A stretch of DNA of 64,000 bases from Eledone cirrhosa (taxonomy: Eukaryota). The notes beneath the pieces were generated by a model that saw only the letters and a program-made list of their open reading frames with translations, was not told the origin of the DNA and did no database searches. Positions 1 to 12,320 of the stretch are shown here, piece after piece. Made by a program: the position numbers and the translations under genes. Location of the stretch: NCBI GenBank assembly GCA_964016885.1, contig OZ024740.1:29946001-30010000 (forward strand). Direction: 5' to 3'. The first letter of the stretch is position 1; each line of letters starts with the position of its first letter.

Positions 1-340
1 TGCACAATATATATGTATAAGCCTATTTAGGTATGAACATGTGAATTGATGTATGTATATTTGTATCTATGTATACGATAGAGAGAGTGAGATTGATAGA
101 TAGATAGATTTCTATTTATTTGCCACTAGGGCACAAGAGAAAGGGACAAATACACAGAGGGGAGTTTACATAAATGCGAGTAAAGAAAAATGCACAACAA
201 TGAGAATAACATAATAATAAAAAGTCCTCAAAAGGGAGGGGGCGTGTTGGGGATTGCACATACCCCCGAAAAGTGTGCAACTCTTTTCGCGGGGGAATCC
301 CAGAGAGGAGGCGCTCCCCCTTTCCTCTTTACTTCTTCAC

Positions 341-3300
341 CTACAGAACAATGTAGAGAGAAGGCCCATTTACACGAGCAATTCTCGCTTCTTTCACCCA
401 CCTTTCATAAAACTGTCTGGGGCCAAGCACTTCTCTCTCCATCCTGATCCTTCTTCCGAAGTGGTATCGGAAGAAGTAAACCAAGTGATGGCCGGAGAGA
501 AAGTCACCAGACCTCAGACCTTTCAGGCGCGTCCACCACACAACCTCTTTCATCATGGCTATTACGCACAGAAAGACCGCTTCTGCTTCATTTCTGAAGG
601 GAGGCGGCGGCTTCATGTTCACCACAGACTCGGCGGTCAATCGAATCGGCGCCACACGCGACAGCAGTCGTTCGACGTAGCCCCACAGATCGGCAACGCC
701 CGGGCAGTCTACCAGTGCATGCGCAACGGTTTCCTCGTCGCGCACGCATCTAGGACAGATCTTTTTCGCGGGATCCCTGCCCGGGCGCCCGTGTCTGTAG
801 AGCTTTTCTCGAACGGGCAGAGCCCCCCGGTAACATTGCCAGGCTAGGGACCTCTGGAAGTTGTCCATGGGTCCCGGGCCGAAAGTTCTACTGAACAGGC
901 TGGCCAGTTCGTCCTCCTCCATGCCTAGCGACTCTCCAAGGGTGTCGTCGCCCCTGCTAGCCACCAGCCCTCTATAGAATGTCGAGGGGGACTCTCCAAT
1001 GACAGTCGGGTCCGCTTGCCAGAGAGCCGTGAGCGCCTGGGCACACTCGGTGTGCCAGTTGCCCAGTTTTCTCGGTCTTTGCTTCACCCAGGATTGCAGC
1101 TCGGTGAGCGAGACGAGCTGTGGGAAGGCTCGGCTCACAAACGGGGCCCACACCGGCTGACCGGTGAGGAATACCTGTAGATGCCGTAGCCTCAATGCGT
1201 GCCTACGCATCAACAGCCACGGCATACCCAGCCCTCCTTTCGAAGGGTGCTGGCAGCAGATGGATCTCCTCACCATGGAGGCCGCTTCTTCCAGAGGAAC
1301 TGGAAGAGCATGCATTCCATGATGGTGAGCGTTTCCTTGGGGCAAGGCACGACGGTCAGGCGGTAGCAGATGACGGACGCTATGTAAGCGTTCGTCACCT
1401 CCGCCCGACCTTTCAGTGATAGTTTGCACTTGGCCCACTTCTGGGTCAGCGCAAACACCCTGCTCGTCACCACGCCCCAATTCTTCTCCACCTGGAGGTC
1501 CGGTCCGAACCAGACCCCGAGCAGCTTCACCGGGCCCTCCGTCCACCGCCCGACGACACCGTCTAACGGCATCGGTTTGCCCCTCCACGTTCCGAGTTGC
1601 AAACCGACTGACTTGTCCCGGTTCAGCCTAGCCCCCGTCAGCCTTTCGTATTCCTCCAGTAGGGTGGCGATCGCCCGATTTCCGAGGCGTCCGCCACCAT
1701 TACTGTTACGTTGTCGGCTTAGGCCGAGACCGCTTTGTGCAATCCCGGTTCCAGGAATATGCCCCGCAGCAACTCCAACTTCCGCAGCAGTGGCTCGAGA
1801 GTCAATACGTACAGAAGGGAGGAGAGGGGGCACCCCTGTCTGATGGACCGAGTGATTTGAAACGGCTCCGAGAGGTAGCCGTTTACTTTAATCCTAGAGT
1901 AGATGTTGCCACTGTGCATGGCAGAAATCCAGCCCCTGAAAACGGGCCCGAAGCCCGCCGCCGCTAGCACCGCATCCAGGTAACCATGGTCGACCCTATC
2001 GAACGCCTTAGATTGATCCAAGTTGATCAGGGCCCCACCAAAGCCGGGTTCGTTGCCAACCCTCTCTAGGATGTCTCGCATGGGGTGGAGGTTGTCGTGA
2101 ATGGACCTGGACGGGATAGCGCATGTCTGCGCGTCTCCCACCAAACCACCCACCACAAGCGCCAACCTCTTCGCCAACACCTTGGCCAAAATCTGTAACT
2201 CTGCATTCAGCAGAGTTATGGGCCTAAAGTTACTTAAGTCGTCCCCCTTGCTCTCGTCCTTCCTCAGTAGCGTGACCACACCCTTGGTCACAGAACAGGG
2301 AATTCTCCCGTTCTGTTGCCAGTTGCAATAGACAGCCTCGAGGAGTTAGGAGAACAAGACCGGCATAGCTAAATAAAGTTCGTATGGTAGACCATCGAGA
2401 CCCGGATATTTGCGTCTGCTGCATTGGCTGAGCGCTTCCCCGATCTCAGTGGCTGTGATTGGCCTTTCGCAGCACTCCGCTTCGCCGCTCGAAAGACGCG
2501 GTAGACCGTCGAGGTATGGACCGAAGTCCACATCGCCGTCCGGCCACCCGCCCCCTCCGAACAGTCGAGCAAAGTGCCTTTGAAAGGCCTCGCACATCCG
2601 CTCAGGTTCAAGGATCACCCGTCCATCCTGGTCTCGCAAAGACCGAATGGTGGATTTAATCCCACTCTTGGCTTCTGTCACGCGGGCCCAGCTAACAGCT
2701 TTGGTCCCCTCGTTTCCTAAAGCACGTATTTTACTTCGGACAACGCAGCCTTCGTGCTTCGCGTCAAAGAACTGGCTCAACACCGTTCTCGCCGCTAACA
2801 CTCTGGCCACGTCTCCGCTCCTAATCGCCTCTTCTAGTTTATCTGTTAACTCCCTTTCCTTCCTATTTCTATTCGCCGCTAGTTCCTTACTGTAACCTAT
2901 CGAACTTACTCTAATCTCTCTCTTTAGAGATACCCACCACCTGCTGTTGACGATCGCTCCCGTCAACCGCATCTTAACTAAGCTACTAATCCGGTTTCTG
3001 TAATCTTTCTTTGCCGGCAAGGACAAGTTCATCTTCCAGTAACCGGGACCCTGTCTATGCGTTCTATCAAGGTTGACCACGCAGGTCACTAATTTGTGAT
3101 CTGAATAGCCAACCATGATCAATTCTGGACAACTAAATACGTCCCTATCCTTACTCCTAACCAAAAACCTATCTAGGTACGATCTAGATTGTCCACTGCG
3201 GTTTGCCCAGATCCAGGTTGGCGCAGTTGGACAATCTAGTCGAAATCTATCGACCAGGTCGAATCGATCGAGTAACCCCTTGAGGCTGCTACAGCCCCTC

Positions 3301-3774
3301 TATCGGGACATGCCCCTGCATAGTCCCAACGCGCATCTAGGATTCCATTCCAGTCCCCCACTAAAAGCAGGGAACGCGACGTTCCTAGAAAAGTCTCCAG
3401 ACGCTGGAAGAAGTCGGCTCTTTCAGCCCCGAAGGGGGCATAAAGACCGACCAGTCTGAAAGCCCCGCCTTCACCGCCTCCGACGTCCAGCACCAGTATT
3501 CGACCCCCCGGGTCCGAGTGAACAATCTGTACGTTGAGAGCTAGACGTTTATCCAGCATTACGGCAACTCCCCCCCCCCCCCCCCGCGTCCGGGTTGACA
3601 GAGAGATGCGTGCATCTCAAAGTCATCGAAGGCGGGAGCCAGCTGTCGCACGCTGCTGATCCGACTCTCGCAAACAACCATCACATCTATACTTCGTGAC
3701 CTGAGGTCACTTAGAAGCTTTGCTTGCTTCCAAGCTGAGCCCAGGCCACGCGCGTTCAAACAGCCAACTCTCAA
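341..3774 (-). pseudogene. ORF2 of copy 1 (APE endonuclease, reverse transcriptase, C-terminal CCHC), frameshifted and with a stop
   Basis: ORF fragments 3559-3774, 3236-3559, 2346-3164, 1719-2291 and 341-1588 carry GDWN, SDH, DQSKAFD, QGCPLS and CPRC..ETVAHALVDC. They are collinear with copy 3. Confidence 0.92.
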
Positions 3775-3779
3775 TTGAT

Positions 3780-5621
3780 CTATTTTGGTGTTGAAAGTGA
3801 AGAAAGAAAAGCACCTACCTCTCCGGGTTGTGTAATTTCCATGGCGTCAGGTGTGTTGGGTGGAGGGATGTTTTGTGGTGGTGTGGGGGTGCCCGGGTGT
3901 GGTGGAGTTGGGGTATTTGGAGTTGTGTCAGGGAGAGGGGAGGTTATGGGGAAATCTTTCAAGAGGAGGCGATTTAACGGTTTTAAACAGGGGGGGGGGG
4001 CTCACATCCTGTCTAAATTGTACTTTTAAGGAACGATAAAGGTCCAGAGGGACTTTTATCATTTTTAAATGGGTGAAGTTCTCTGTTGAGATAAAGTTTG
4101 GCCCTTCGGTCTGCACCAAAGGGCTATTGTTTATTAATTTAAACAGTTTTTTGTTTTCTTTATTTATATATGTGTATTGCAACGTCTTTTTTTGTGATGC
4201 TGTCAATGTTTCGGAGAGGGGAGGCGCAGATTTAATTTTGTTTGTTGAGGGTGGGGTGTTTTTGATTGGAGTTGGTGTTTGTGTGTGGGTTATTTGTGGT
4301 GGGCTGGGTGTGTCTTTCTTTTTTTTCTTTTAACTTGTCTGAAGGCTTCTCCTCCTTCTTCTTCAGAAGTTGGGGGAAACTCTTCAGCGCTAGGTGGGAG
4401 GGACGTGGTGTCTGGTTGTTTTTTTTTGCGGGAGGGGTAGATTTGTTGCTGTTTTTTTTATTATTTGTTTGGAATGCGTTTTGTGGTGGTGATGTTTGTG
4501 TCGTGCTTGTGGTTGGTGATGGTGGTGGTGGTGTTTGTGTTGTGGTTGGTGATGGTGGTGGTGATTTTTGTGTCGTGCTTGTGTTTGGTGCTGGTGGTGG
4601 TGATGTTTGTGTTGTGCTTGTGGTTGGTGGTGTCTGTATTTTGTTTGCTGTGTGTGGTATTAGTGTATTTTTGGAGGTGGGTGGTGTTGGTGTACTGTTT
4701 GTGGTGGGTGTGGGCAATAGTCCTTTTTGGGGGATACGTTTCGGGCAGTTAGCCTTAACGTGTCCCCTTTCCGTGCATAAATAGCATGCTGGTCTTCTCC
4801 CCTCTACAATTATATCTATTGGGGTGAGGTCATCCAGCCAGATGCGATCCGGGATTTGTGCCACTCTTTCGGGCCTCATTTGGACTAGTAGGTCGAGGCC
4901 CATTCCCAGGAACGCATCTCCAGATGCCTTCCCCATTGACAGCACTGTGTCCTCGCCCATGTCTATGAAGCCAGCAATAGCCCACCAGAAGTCCATTGTG
5001 GGCAGCATTGTTTGTACTTTGACTCTCTGTGTTCTTCTACCCATGTAGGAGGGATAGAAGCTGTATGTTGTTGATGAGAGTGGGCTTAGGGAAAGCCTCT
5101 GCGCTGTTTCCTTGTCTTTTGTTAAAACCGAAATGCTGCCATAGAGTCGGTCCTTTCGTATGAAGAGAATATTCTTCATGTAGTCTTTTAGGACCAACTC
5201 TATCTCCATTTGGCTGGGTTGTGCTGGCTTTCTCGTTTGGTTTAATATTGTTCTGAAGAGAACTGTGCTCTCTGTTCTCGCTTTCTTGAATTCTGGGGGG
5301 GGGGGAGTTAATGGAAAACATTCCGTTCTCCCCCAAGACAATGTGTTTTTTTTGCTTCGGCCAGTTTTTCTCTGGCGGCAGTTAAGTCTATTGGTGTATA
5401 TGCTATGGACTGTTTTGTTTTCTGGGCGAAAGTTGCCTTGTTGTTATTTGTGTTCTTATTTTCTGTTTGTTTTCCGTTTGCTCATTTTCCGTAACATTTG
5501 TTTTTTCATTTTCCTTGTTTGTTTCGTTGTCTAGTTTTGTTGTATCTATTTCTTTTTGTTCTTCAGACTTGGGGGGCGTGGCAGAGCTAATGGCAGACTT
5601 GTCTGCCATCTTTTCCGCCAT
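3780..5621 (-). pseudogene. ORF1 of copy 1 (CCHC zinc-knuckle protein with Thr/Pro-rich region), frameshifted
   Basis: Fragments 5403-5621, 4232-5341, 3928-4206 and 3780-3962, with the motif CYLCTERGHVKANC. Most breaks lie at homopolymer runs. Confidence 0.88.
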
Positions 5622-5844
5622 GCTGCCGAGAAAGAGATTTTACAGCAAAATAGATATTTATTTTACCCCCTAAAAAGGGGATAAATGTAAAAATGGTTCC
5701 CTGAATAACAGGGGTAAGTGTTTCAAATATGTTGCACTGAAAAAATTCTCTGGTACTTACTATAGTAAGGGTAAATTCCGATGGAATAGCGGAGCCGATG
5801 TGAAGCGTCTCTTACTCTATCAAAATAGATAGATAGATAGATAT

Positions 5845-6753
5845 AGTACTTTATTGGCCACAAGGGCGCACAAGAAAAGGGGACAATACAAAGACATATG
5901 CCGGGGATTTTAGATACAGTCGTGTAAAAAAATATTTTAATATGAAAATATAACAATCGAAAACCCAATAGGGAGGCGTTACAAATGGGTTGCTTTATAC
6001 CCCGTCGATAGAACAACCCTCAACTCCAGGAGCAGGTTGTGCAAGTGCTCCTTTCTTCCTTTTGTTCTCTTCTTTAACCTACAGGCTTATAAGCAGAGAA
6101 AGCTCAATCACTCGTGCAATTTTTGCTACATTCACCCACCTTTCAGTAAATTTACTGGGGTGCAGTGCATCTCTCTCCACTCTGATTCTCCTTCTAAAGT
6201 GGTACCTAAAGATGGGAATTAGTTGTTGTCCGGAGAGAAAGGCATCTGTCCTCAGTCCTCTCAACCTTGTCCACCATATAACCTCTTTCACCATAGCCTC
6301 TGTACAGAGGAAAACCGCCACTCTTTCATTTTTAAATAAAGTTGGCGGTTTGATCCTTACTATGGACTCGGCAGTCAGCTGGATTTGTCCCATACGCGAC
6401 AGCAGTTGTTCTGCATAGTTCCACAGGTCGCTTACGCCCGGGCAGTGTAAATTGCGTGCAAGACGGTTTTAATGTCCTGCTCGCATCTTGGACACGTCCT
6501 CTTGGAAGGATCCCGGCCGGGGCATCCGTGAGTGTAGATCTTGTCTCGAACGGGTAGAGCTACTCGGTAGCACTGCCAGACCTTTGGAAGTTGTCCATAG
6601 GTCCAAGGCGGTAAGTCCTACCGAACAGACTGGTGAGCTCGTCTTCTTCAACAACCAGAGTCTCTCCGGGCACGTCGTCGCGCTTGTATTGTACTATCCT
6701 TCTATAGAATGACTAAGTGGAGTCTCCACTGATTGCTGTGCCCGCTTGACAGA
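5845..6753 (-). mobile_element. Tx1-clade copy 2 (subfamily B), 5'-truncated ~0.9-kb degenerate 3' fragment
   Basis: ORF 6079-6393 is homologous to the ORF2 C-terminus (KEVIWWTRL...ERWVNVAKIARV). The 3' end is GCCCTTGTGGCCAATAAA followed by (TATC)n at ~5826-5843. Confidence 0.88.
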
Positions 6754-6797
6754 GGTAGATAGATAAATAGATAAAGAGAGAGAGGGGGAGGGGGCAT

Positions 6798-6831
<34 letters not shown>

Positions 6832-7061
6832 TTCTATTTATTTGCCACGAGGGCACAAAAGAAGGGGGAAAATACACAGTGGGGGAGTTTACATAAATCG
6901 AGTAAAGAAAAAAAGGAATAACAATAATAATATAATAATAAAAAGTCCTCAAAAGGGAGGCGGCGTGTTGGGGATTGCACATACCCCCGAAAAGTGTGCA
7001 ACCCTTTTCGCGGGGGAAGCCCAGAGAGGAGGCGCTCCCCCTTTCCTCTTCACTTCTTCAC

Positions 7062-10000
7062 CTACAGAACAATGTAGAGAGAAGGCCCATTTACACGAGC
7101 CATTCTCGCTTCTTTCACCCACCTTTCATAAAACTGTCTGGGGCCAAGCACTTCTCTCTCCATCCTGATCCTTCTTCCGAAGTGGTATCGGAAGAAGTAA
7201 ACCAAGTGATGGCCGGAGAGAAAGTCACCCGACCTCAGACCTTTCAGGCGCGTCCACCACACAACCTCTTTCATCATGGCTATTACGCACAGAAAGACCG
7301 CCTCTGCTTCGTTTCTGAAGGGAGGCGGCGGCTTGATGTTCACCACAGACTCGGCGGTTAATCGAATCGGCTCCACACGCGACAGCAGTCGTTCGACGTA
7401 GCCCCACAGATCGGCAACGCCCGGGCAGTCTACCAGTCCATGCGCAACGGTTTCCTCGTCGCGCACGCATCTGGGACAGATCTTTTTCGCTGGATCCCTG
7501 CCCGGGCGCCCGTGTCTGTAGAGCTTTTCTCGAACGGGCAGAGCCCCCCGGTAACACTGCCAGGCTAGGGACCTCTGGAAGTTGTCCATGGGTCCCGGGC
7601 CGAAAGTTCTACCGAAAAGGCTGGCCAGTTCGTCCTCCTCCATGCCTAGCGACTCTCCAAGGGTGTCGTCGCCCCTGCTAGCCACCAGCCCTCTATAGAA
7701 TGTCGAGGTGGATTCTCCACTGACAGTCGGGTCCGCCTGCCAGATAGCCGTGAGCGCCTGGGCACACTCGGTGTGCCAGTTGCCCAGTTTTCTCGGTATT
7801 TGCTTCACCTAGGATTGCAGCTCGGTGAGCGAGACGAGCTGTGGGAAGGCTCGCCTCACAAACGGGACCCACACCGGCTGACCGGTGAGGAATACCTGTA
7901 GATGCCGTAGCTTCAATGCGTGCCTACGCATCAACAGCCACGGCATACCCAGCCCTCCTTTCGAAGGGTGCTGGCAGCAGATGGATCTCCTCACCATGGG
8001 AGGCCTCTTCTTCCAGAGGAACTGGAAGAGCATGCGTTCCATGATGGTGATCTTTTCCTTGGGGCAAGGCACGACGGTCAGGCGGTAGCAGATAACGGAC
8101 GCTATGTAAGCGTTCGTCACCTCCGCCCGACCTTTCAGTGATAGTTTGCACTTGGCCCACTTCTGGGTCAGCGCAAACACCCTGCTCATCGCCTCGCCCC
8201 AATTCTTCTCCACCTGGAGGTCCGGTCCGAACCAGACCCCGAGCAGCTTCACCGGGCCCTCCGTCCACCGCCCGACGACACCGTCTAACGGCATCGGTTT
8301 GCCCCTCCACGTTCCGAGTTGCAAACCGACTGACTTGTCCCGGTTCAGCCTAGCCCCCGTCAGCCTTTCGTATTCCTCCAGTAGGGTGGCGATCGCCCCG
8401 ATTTCCGAGGCGTCCGCCACCATTACTGTTACGTCGTCGGCATAGGCCGAGACCGCTTTGTGCAATCCCGGTTCCAGGGGTATGCCCCGCAGCAACTCCA
8501 ACTTCCGCAGCAGTGGCTCGAGAGTCAATACGTACAGAAGGGAGGAGAGGGGGCACCCCTGTCTGATGGACCCGGTGATTTGAAACGGCTCCGAGAGGTA
8601 GCCGTTTACTTTAATCCTAGAGTAGATGTTGCCACTGTGCATGGCAGAAATCCAGCCCCTGAAAACGGGTCCGAAGCCCGCCGCCGCTAGCACCGCATCC
8701 AGGTAACCATGGTCGACCCTATCGAACGCCTTAGATTGATCCAAGTTGATCAGGGCCCCACCAAAGCCGGGTTCGTTGCCAACCCTCTCTATGATGTATC
8801 GCATGAGGTGGAGGTTGTCGTGAATGGACCTGGACGGGATAGCGCATGTCTGCGCGTCTCCCACCAAACCACCCACCACAAGCGCCAACCTCTTCGCCAA
8901 CACCTTGGCCAAAATCTGTAACTCTGCATTCAGCAGAGTTATGGGCCTAAAGTTACTTAAGTCGTCCCCCTTGCTCTCGTCCTTCCTCACTAGCGTGACC
9001 ACGCCCTTGGTCACAGAACAGGGAATTCTCCCGTTCTGTTGCCAGTTGCAATAGACAGCCTCGAGGAGTTCGGAGAACAAGACCGGCATAGCTAAATAAA
9101 GTTCGTATGGTAGACCATCGAGACCCGGAGATTTGCGTCTGCTGCATTGGCTGAGCGCTTCCCCGATTTCAGTGGCTGTGATTGGCCTTTCGCAGCACTC
9201 CGCTTCGCCGCTCGAAAGACGCGGTAGACCGTCGAGGTATGGACCGAAGTCCACATCCCCGTCCGGCCCCCCGCCCCCTCCGAACAGTCGAGCAAAGTGC
9301 CTTTGAAAGGCCTCGCACATCCGCTCAGGTTCAAGGATCACCCGTCCATCCTGGTCTCGCAAAGACCGAATGGTGGATTTAATCCCACTCTTGGCTTCTG
9401 TCACGCGGGCCCAGCTAACAGCTTTGGTCCCCTCGTTTCCTAAAGCACGTATTTTACTTCGGACAACGCAGCCTTCGTGCTTCGCGTCAAAGAACTGGCT
9501 CAACGCCGTTCTAGCCGCTAACACTCTGGCTACGTCTCCGCTCCTAATCGCCTCTTCTAGTTTATCTGTTAACTCCCTTTCCTTCCTATTTCTATTCGCC
9601 GCTAGTTCCTTACTGTAACCTATCGAACTTACTCTAATCTCTCTCTTTAGAGATACCCACCACCTACTGTTGACAATCGCTCCCGTCAACCGCATTTTAA
9701 CTAAGCTACTAATCCGGTTCCTGTAATCTTTCTTTGCCGGCAAGGACAAGTTCATCTTCCAGTAACCGGGACCCTGTCTATGCGTTCTATCAAGGTTGAC
9801 CACGCAGGTCACTAATTTGTGATCTGAATAGCCAACCATGATCAATTCTGGACAACTAAATACGTCCCTATCCTTACTCCTAACCAAAAACCTATCTAGG
9901 TACGATCTAGATTGTCCACTGCGGTTTGCCCAGGTCCAGGTTGGCGCAGTTGGGCAATCTAGTCGAAATCTATCGACCAGGTCGAATCGATCGAGTAACC

Positions 10001-10496
10001 CCTTGAGGCTGCTACACCCCCCTCTATCGGGACATGCCCCTGCATAGTCCCAACGCGCATCTAGGATTCCATTCCAGTCCCCCACTAAAAGTAGGGAACG
10101 CGACGTTCCTAGAAAAGTCTCCAGACGCTGGAAGAAGTCGGCTCTTTCAGCCCCGAAGGGGGCATAAAGACCGACCAGTCTGAAAGCCCCGCCTTCACCG
10201 CCTCCGACCTCCAGCACCAGTATTCGACCCCCCGGGTCCGAGTGAACAATCTGTACGTCGAGAGCCAGACGTTTATCCAGCAGTACGGCAACCCCCCCCC
10301 CCCCCCCGCGTCCGGGTTGACAGAGAGATGCGTGCATCTCAAAGTCATCGAAGGCGGGAGCCAGCTGTCGCACGCTGCTGATCCGACTCTCGCAAACAAC
10401 CATCACATCTATACTTCGTGACCTGAGGTCACTTAGTAGCTTTGCTTGCTTCCAAGCTGAGCCCAGGCCACGCGCGTTCAAACAGCCAACTCTCAA
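7062..10496 (-). pseudogene. ORF2 of copy 3 (APE-RT-CCHC), one internal TGG>TAG at 7809-7811
   Basis: Carries GDWN, YLDRFLV, SDHKLV, QGCPLS, AYADD and CPRC...H...C. The other copies have Trp (TGG) at the stop position. Confidence 0.93.
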
Positions 10497-10540
10497 TTGA
10501 TCTATTTTGGTGTTGAAAGTGAAGAAAGAAAAGCACTTAC
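7062..10540 (-). other. Putative intron spanning all of ORF2 in copy 3 (equivalents: 341-3818, 12804-16270, 18579-22043, 23482-26951)
   Basis: Donor GAG|GTAAGT at 10540. Acceptor CCTTCTCTCTACATTGTTCTGTAG|GT at 7062. Both motifs are conserved across subfamilies; splicing itself is inferred. Confidence 0.55.
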
Positions 10541-12320
10541 CTCTCCGGGTTGTGTAATTTCCATGGCGTCAGGTGTGTTGGGTGGAGGGATGTTTTGTGG
10601 TGGTGTGGGGGTGCCCGAGTGTGGTTGGGTTGGGGTGTTTGGAGTTGTGTCAGGGAGAGGGGAGGTTATGGGGAAATCTTTCAAGAGGACGCGATTTAAC
10701 GGTTTTAAACAGGGGGGGGGGGCTCACGTCCTGTCTAAATTGTTCTTTTAAGGAACGATAAAGGTCTAGAGGGACCTTTATCATTATTGAATGGGTGAAG
10801 TTCTCTGTTGAGATAAAGTTTGGCCCTTCGGTCTGCACCAAAGGGCTATTGTTTATTAATTTAAACAGTTTTTTGTTTTCTTTATTTATATATGTGTATT
10901 GCAATGTCTTTTTTTGTGATGCTGTCAATGTTTCGGAGAGGGGAGGCGCAGATTTATTTTTGTTTGTTGAGGGTGGGGTGTTTTTTATTGGAGTTGGTGT
11001 TTGTGTGTGGGTTATTTGTGGTGTGCTGGGTGTGTGCTTTCTTTTTTTTCTTTTAACTTGTCTGAAGGCTTCTCCTCCTTCTTCTTCAGAAGTTGGGGGA
11101 AACTCTTCAGCGCTAGGTGGGAGGGACGTCGTGTCTGGTTTTTTTTTTGCGGGAGGGGTAGATTTGTTGCTGTTTTTTTTATTATTTGTTTGGAATGCGT
11201 TTTGTGGTGGTGGTGGTGCTGTTTGTGTCGTGCTTGTGGTTGGTAATGGTGGTGATGGTGTTTGTGTTGGTGATGGTGGTGGTGATTTTTGTGTCGAGCT
11301 TGTGTTTGCTGCTGGTGGTGGTGATGTGCTTGGTGGTGTTTGTATTTTGTTTGCTGTGTGTGGTATTAGTGTATTTTTGGAGGTGGGTGGTGTTGGTGTA
11401 CTGTTTGTGGTGGGTGTGGGCAATAGTCCTTTTTGGGGGACACGTTTCGGGCAGTTAGCCTTAATGTGTCCCCTTTCCGTGCATAAATAGCATGCTGGTC
11501 TTCTCCCCTCTACAATTATATCTATTGGGGTGAGCTCATCCAGCCAGATGCGATCCGGGATTTGTGCTATTCTTTCGGGCCTCATTTGGACTAGTAGGTC
11601 GAGGCCCATTCCCAGGAACGCATCTCCGGATGCCTTCCCCATTGACAGCACTGTGTCCTCGCCCATGTCTATGAAGCCAGCAATAGCCCACCAGAAGTCC
11701 ATTGTGGGCAGCATTGTTTGTATTTTTACTCTCTGTGTTCTTCTACCCATGTAGGAGGGATAGAAGCTGTATGTTGTCGATGAGAGTGGGCTTAGGGAAA
11801 GCTTCTCCGCCGTTTCCTTGTCTTTTGTTAGGACCGAAATGCTGCCATAGAGTCGGTCCTTTCGTATGAAGAGAATATTCTTCATATAGTCTTTTAGGAC
11901 CAACTCTATCTCCATTTGGCTGGGCTGTGCTGGCTTTCTTGTTTCGTTTAGGATTGTTCTGAAGAGAACTGTGTTCTCTGTTCTCGCTTTCTTGAATTCT
12001 GGGGGGGAGTTAATGGAAAACATTCCATTTTCCCCCAAAACAATGTGTTTCTTTGCTTCGGCCAGTTTTTCTCTGGCGGCCGTTAGGTCAATTGGTGTGT
12101 ATGTAATGGATTGTTTTGTTTTCTGGGTGAAAGTTGCCCTGTTGTTATTTGTATTATTTTCTGTTTGTTTGTTTTCCGTTTGCTCATTTTCCTTAACATT
12201 TGTTTTTTCATTTTCTTTGTTTGTTTCGTTGTCTAATTTTGTTGTAATTATTTTTTGTTCTTCAGACTTGGGGGGCGTGGCAGAGCTAATGGCAGACATG
12301 TCTGCCATCTTTTCCGCCAT
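10502..12320 (-). CDS. ORF1 of copy 3 (CCHC knuckle, Thr/Pro-rich linker, conserved C-terminal domain); probable frameshift in the G11 run near 10712-10722
   Basis: ORF 10650-12347 has its first ATG at 12320 and the motif CYLCTERGHIKANC. Homology with copies 4 and 6 continues in ORF 10502-10684. Confidence 0.85.

Larger units (their letters stand above)
110..5822 (-). mobile_element. Tx1-clade non-LTR retrotransposon, copy 1 (subfamily A), full length with disrupted ORFs
   Basis: Has ORF1 with a CCHC knuckle and ORF2 with APE, RT and CCHC. The 3' end reads GCCCTAGTGGC-AAATAAA-TAGAA then (ATCT)n at ~92-109. The 5' UTR matches copy 3. Confidence 0.92.

Noticed and set aside
5795-5812. GTGAAGCGT match to the U6 snRNA 3' end
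   Set aside because: Only 9 nt match, with no further U6 similarity.
10700-10725. Programmed -1 frameshift at TTTAAAA in ORF1
   Set aside because: Restoring homology needs a +1 shift; a homopolymer indel is the simpler explanation.
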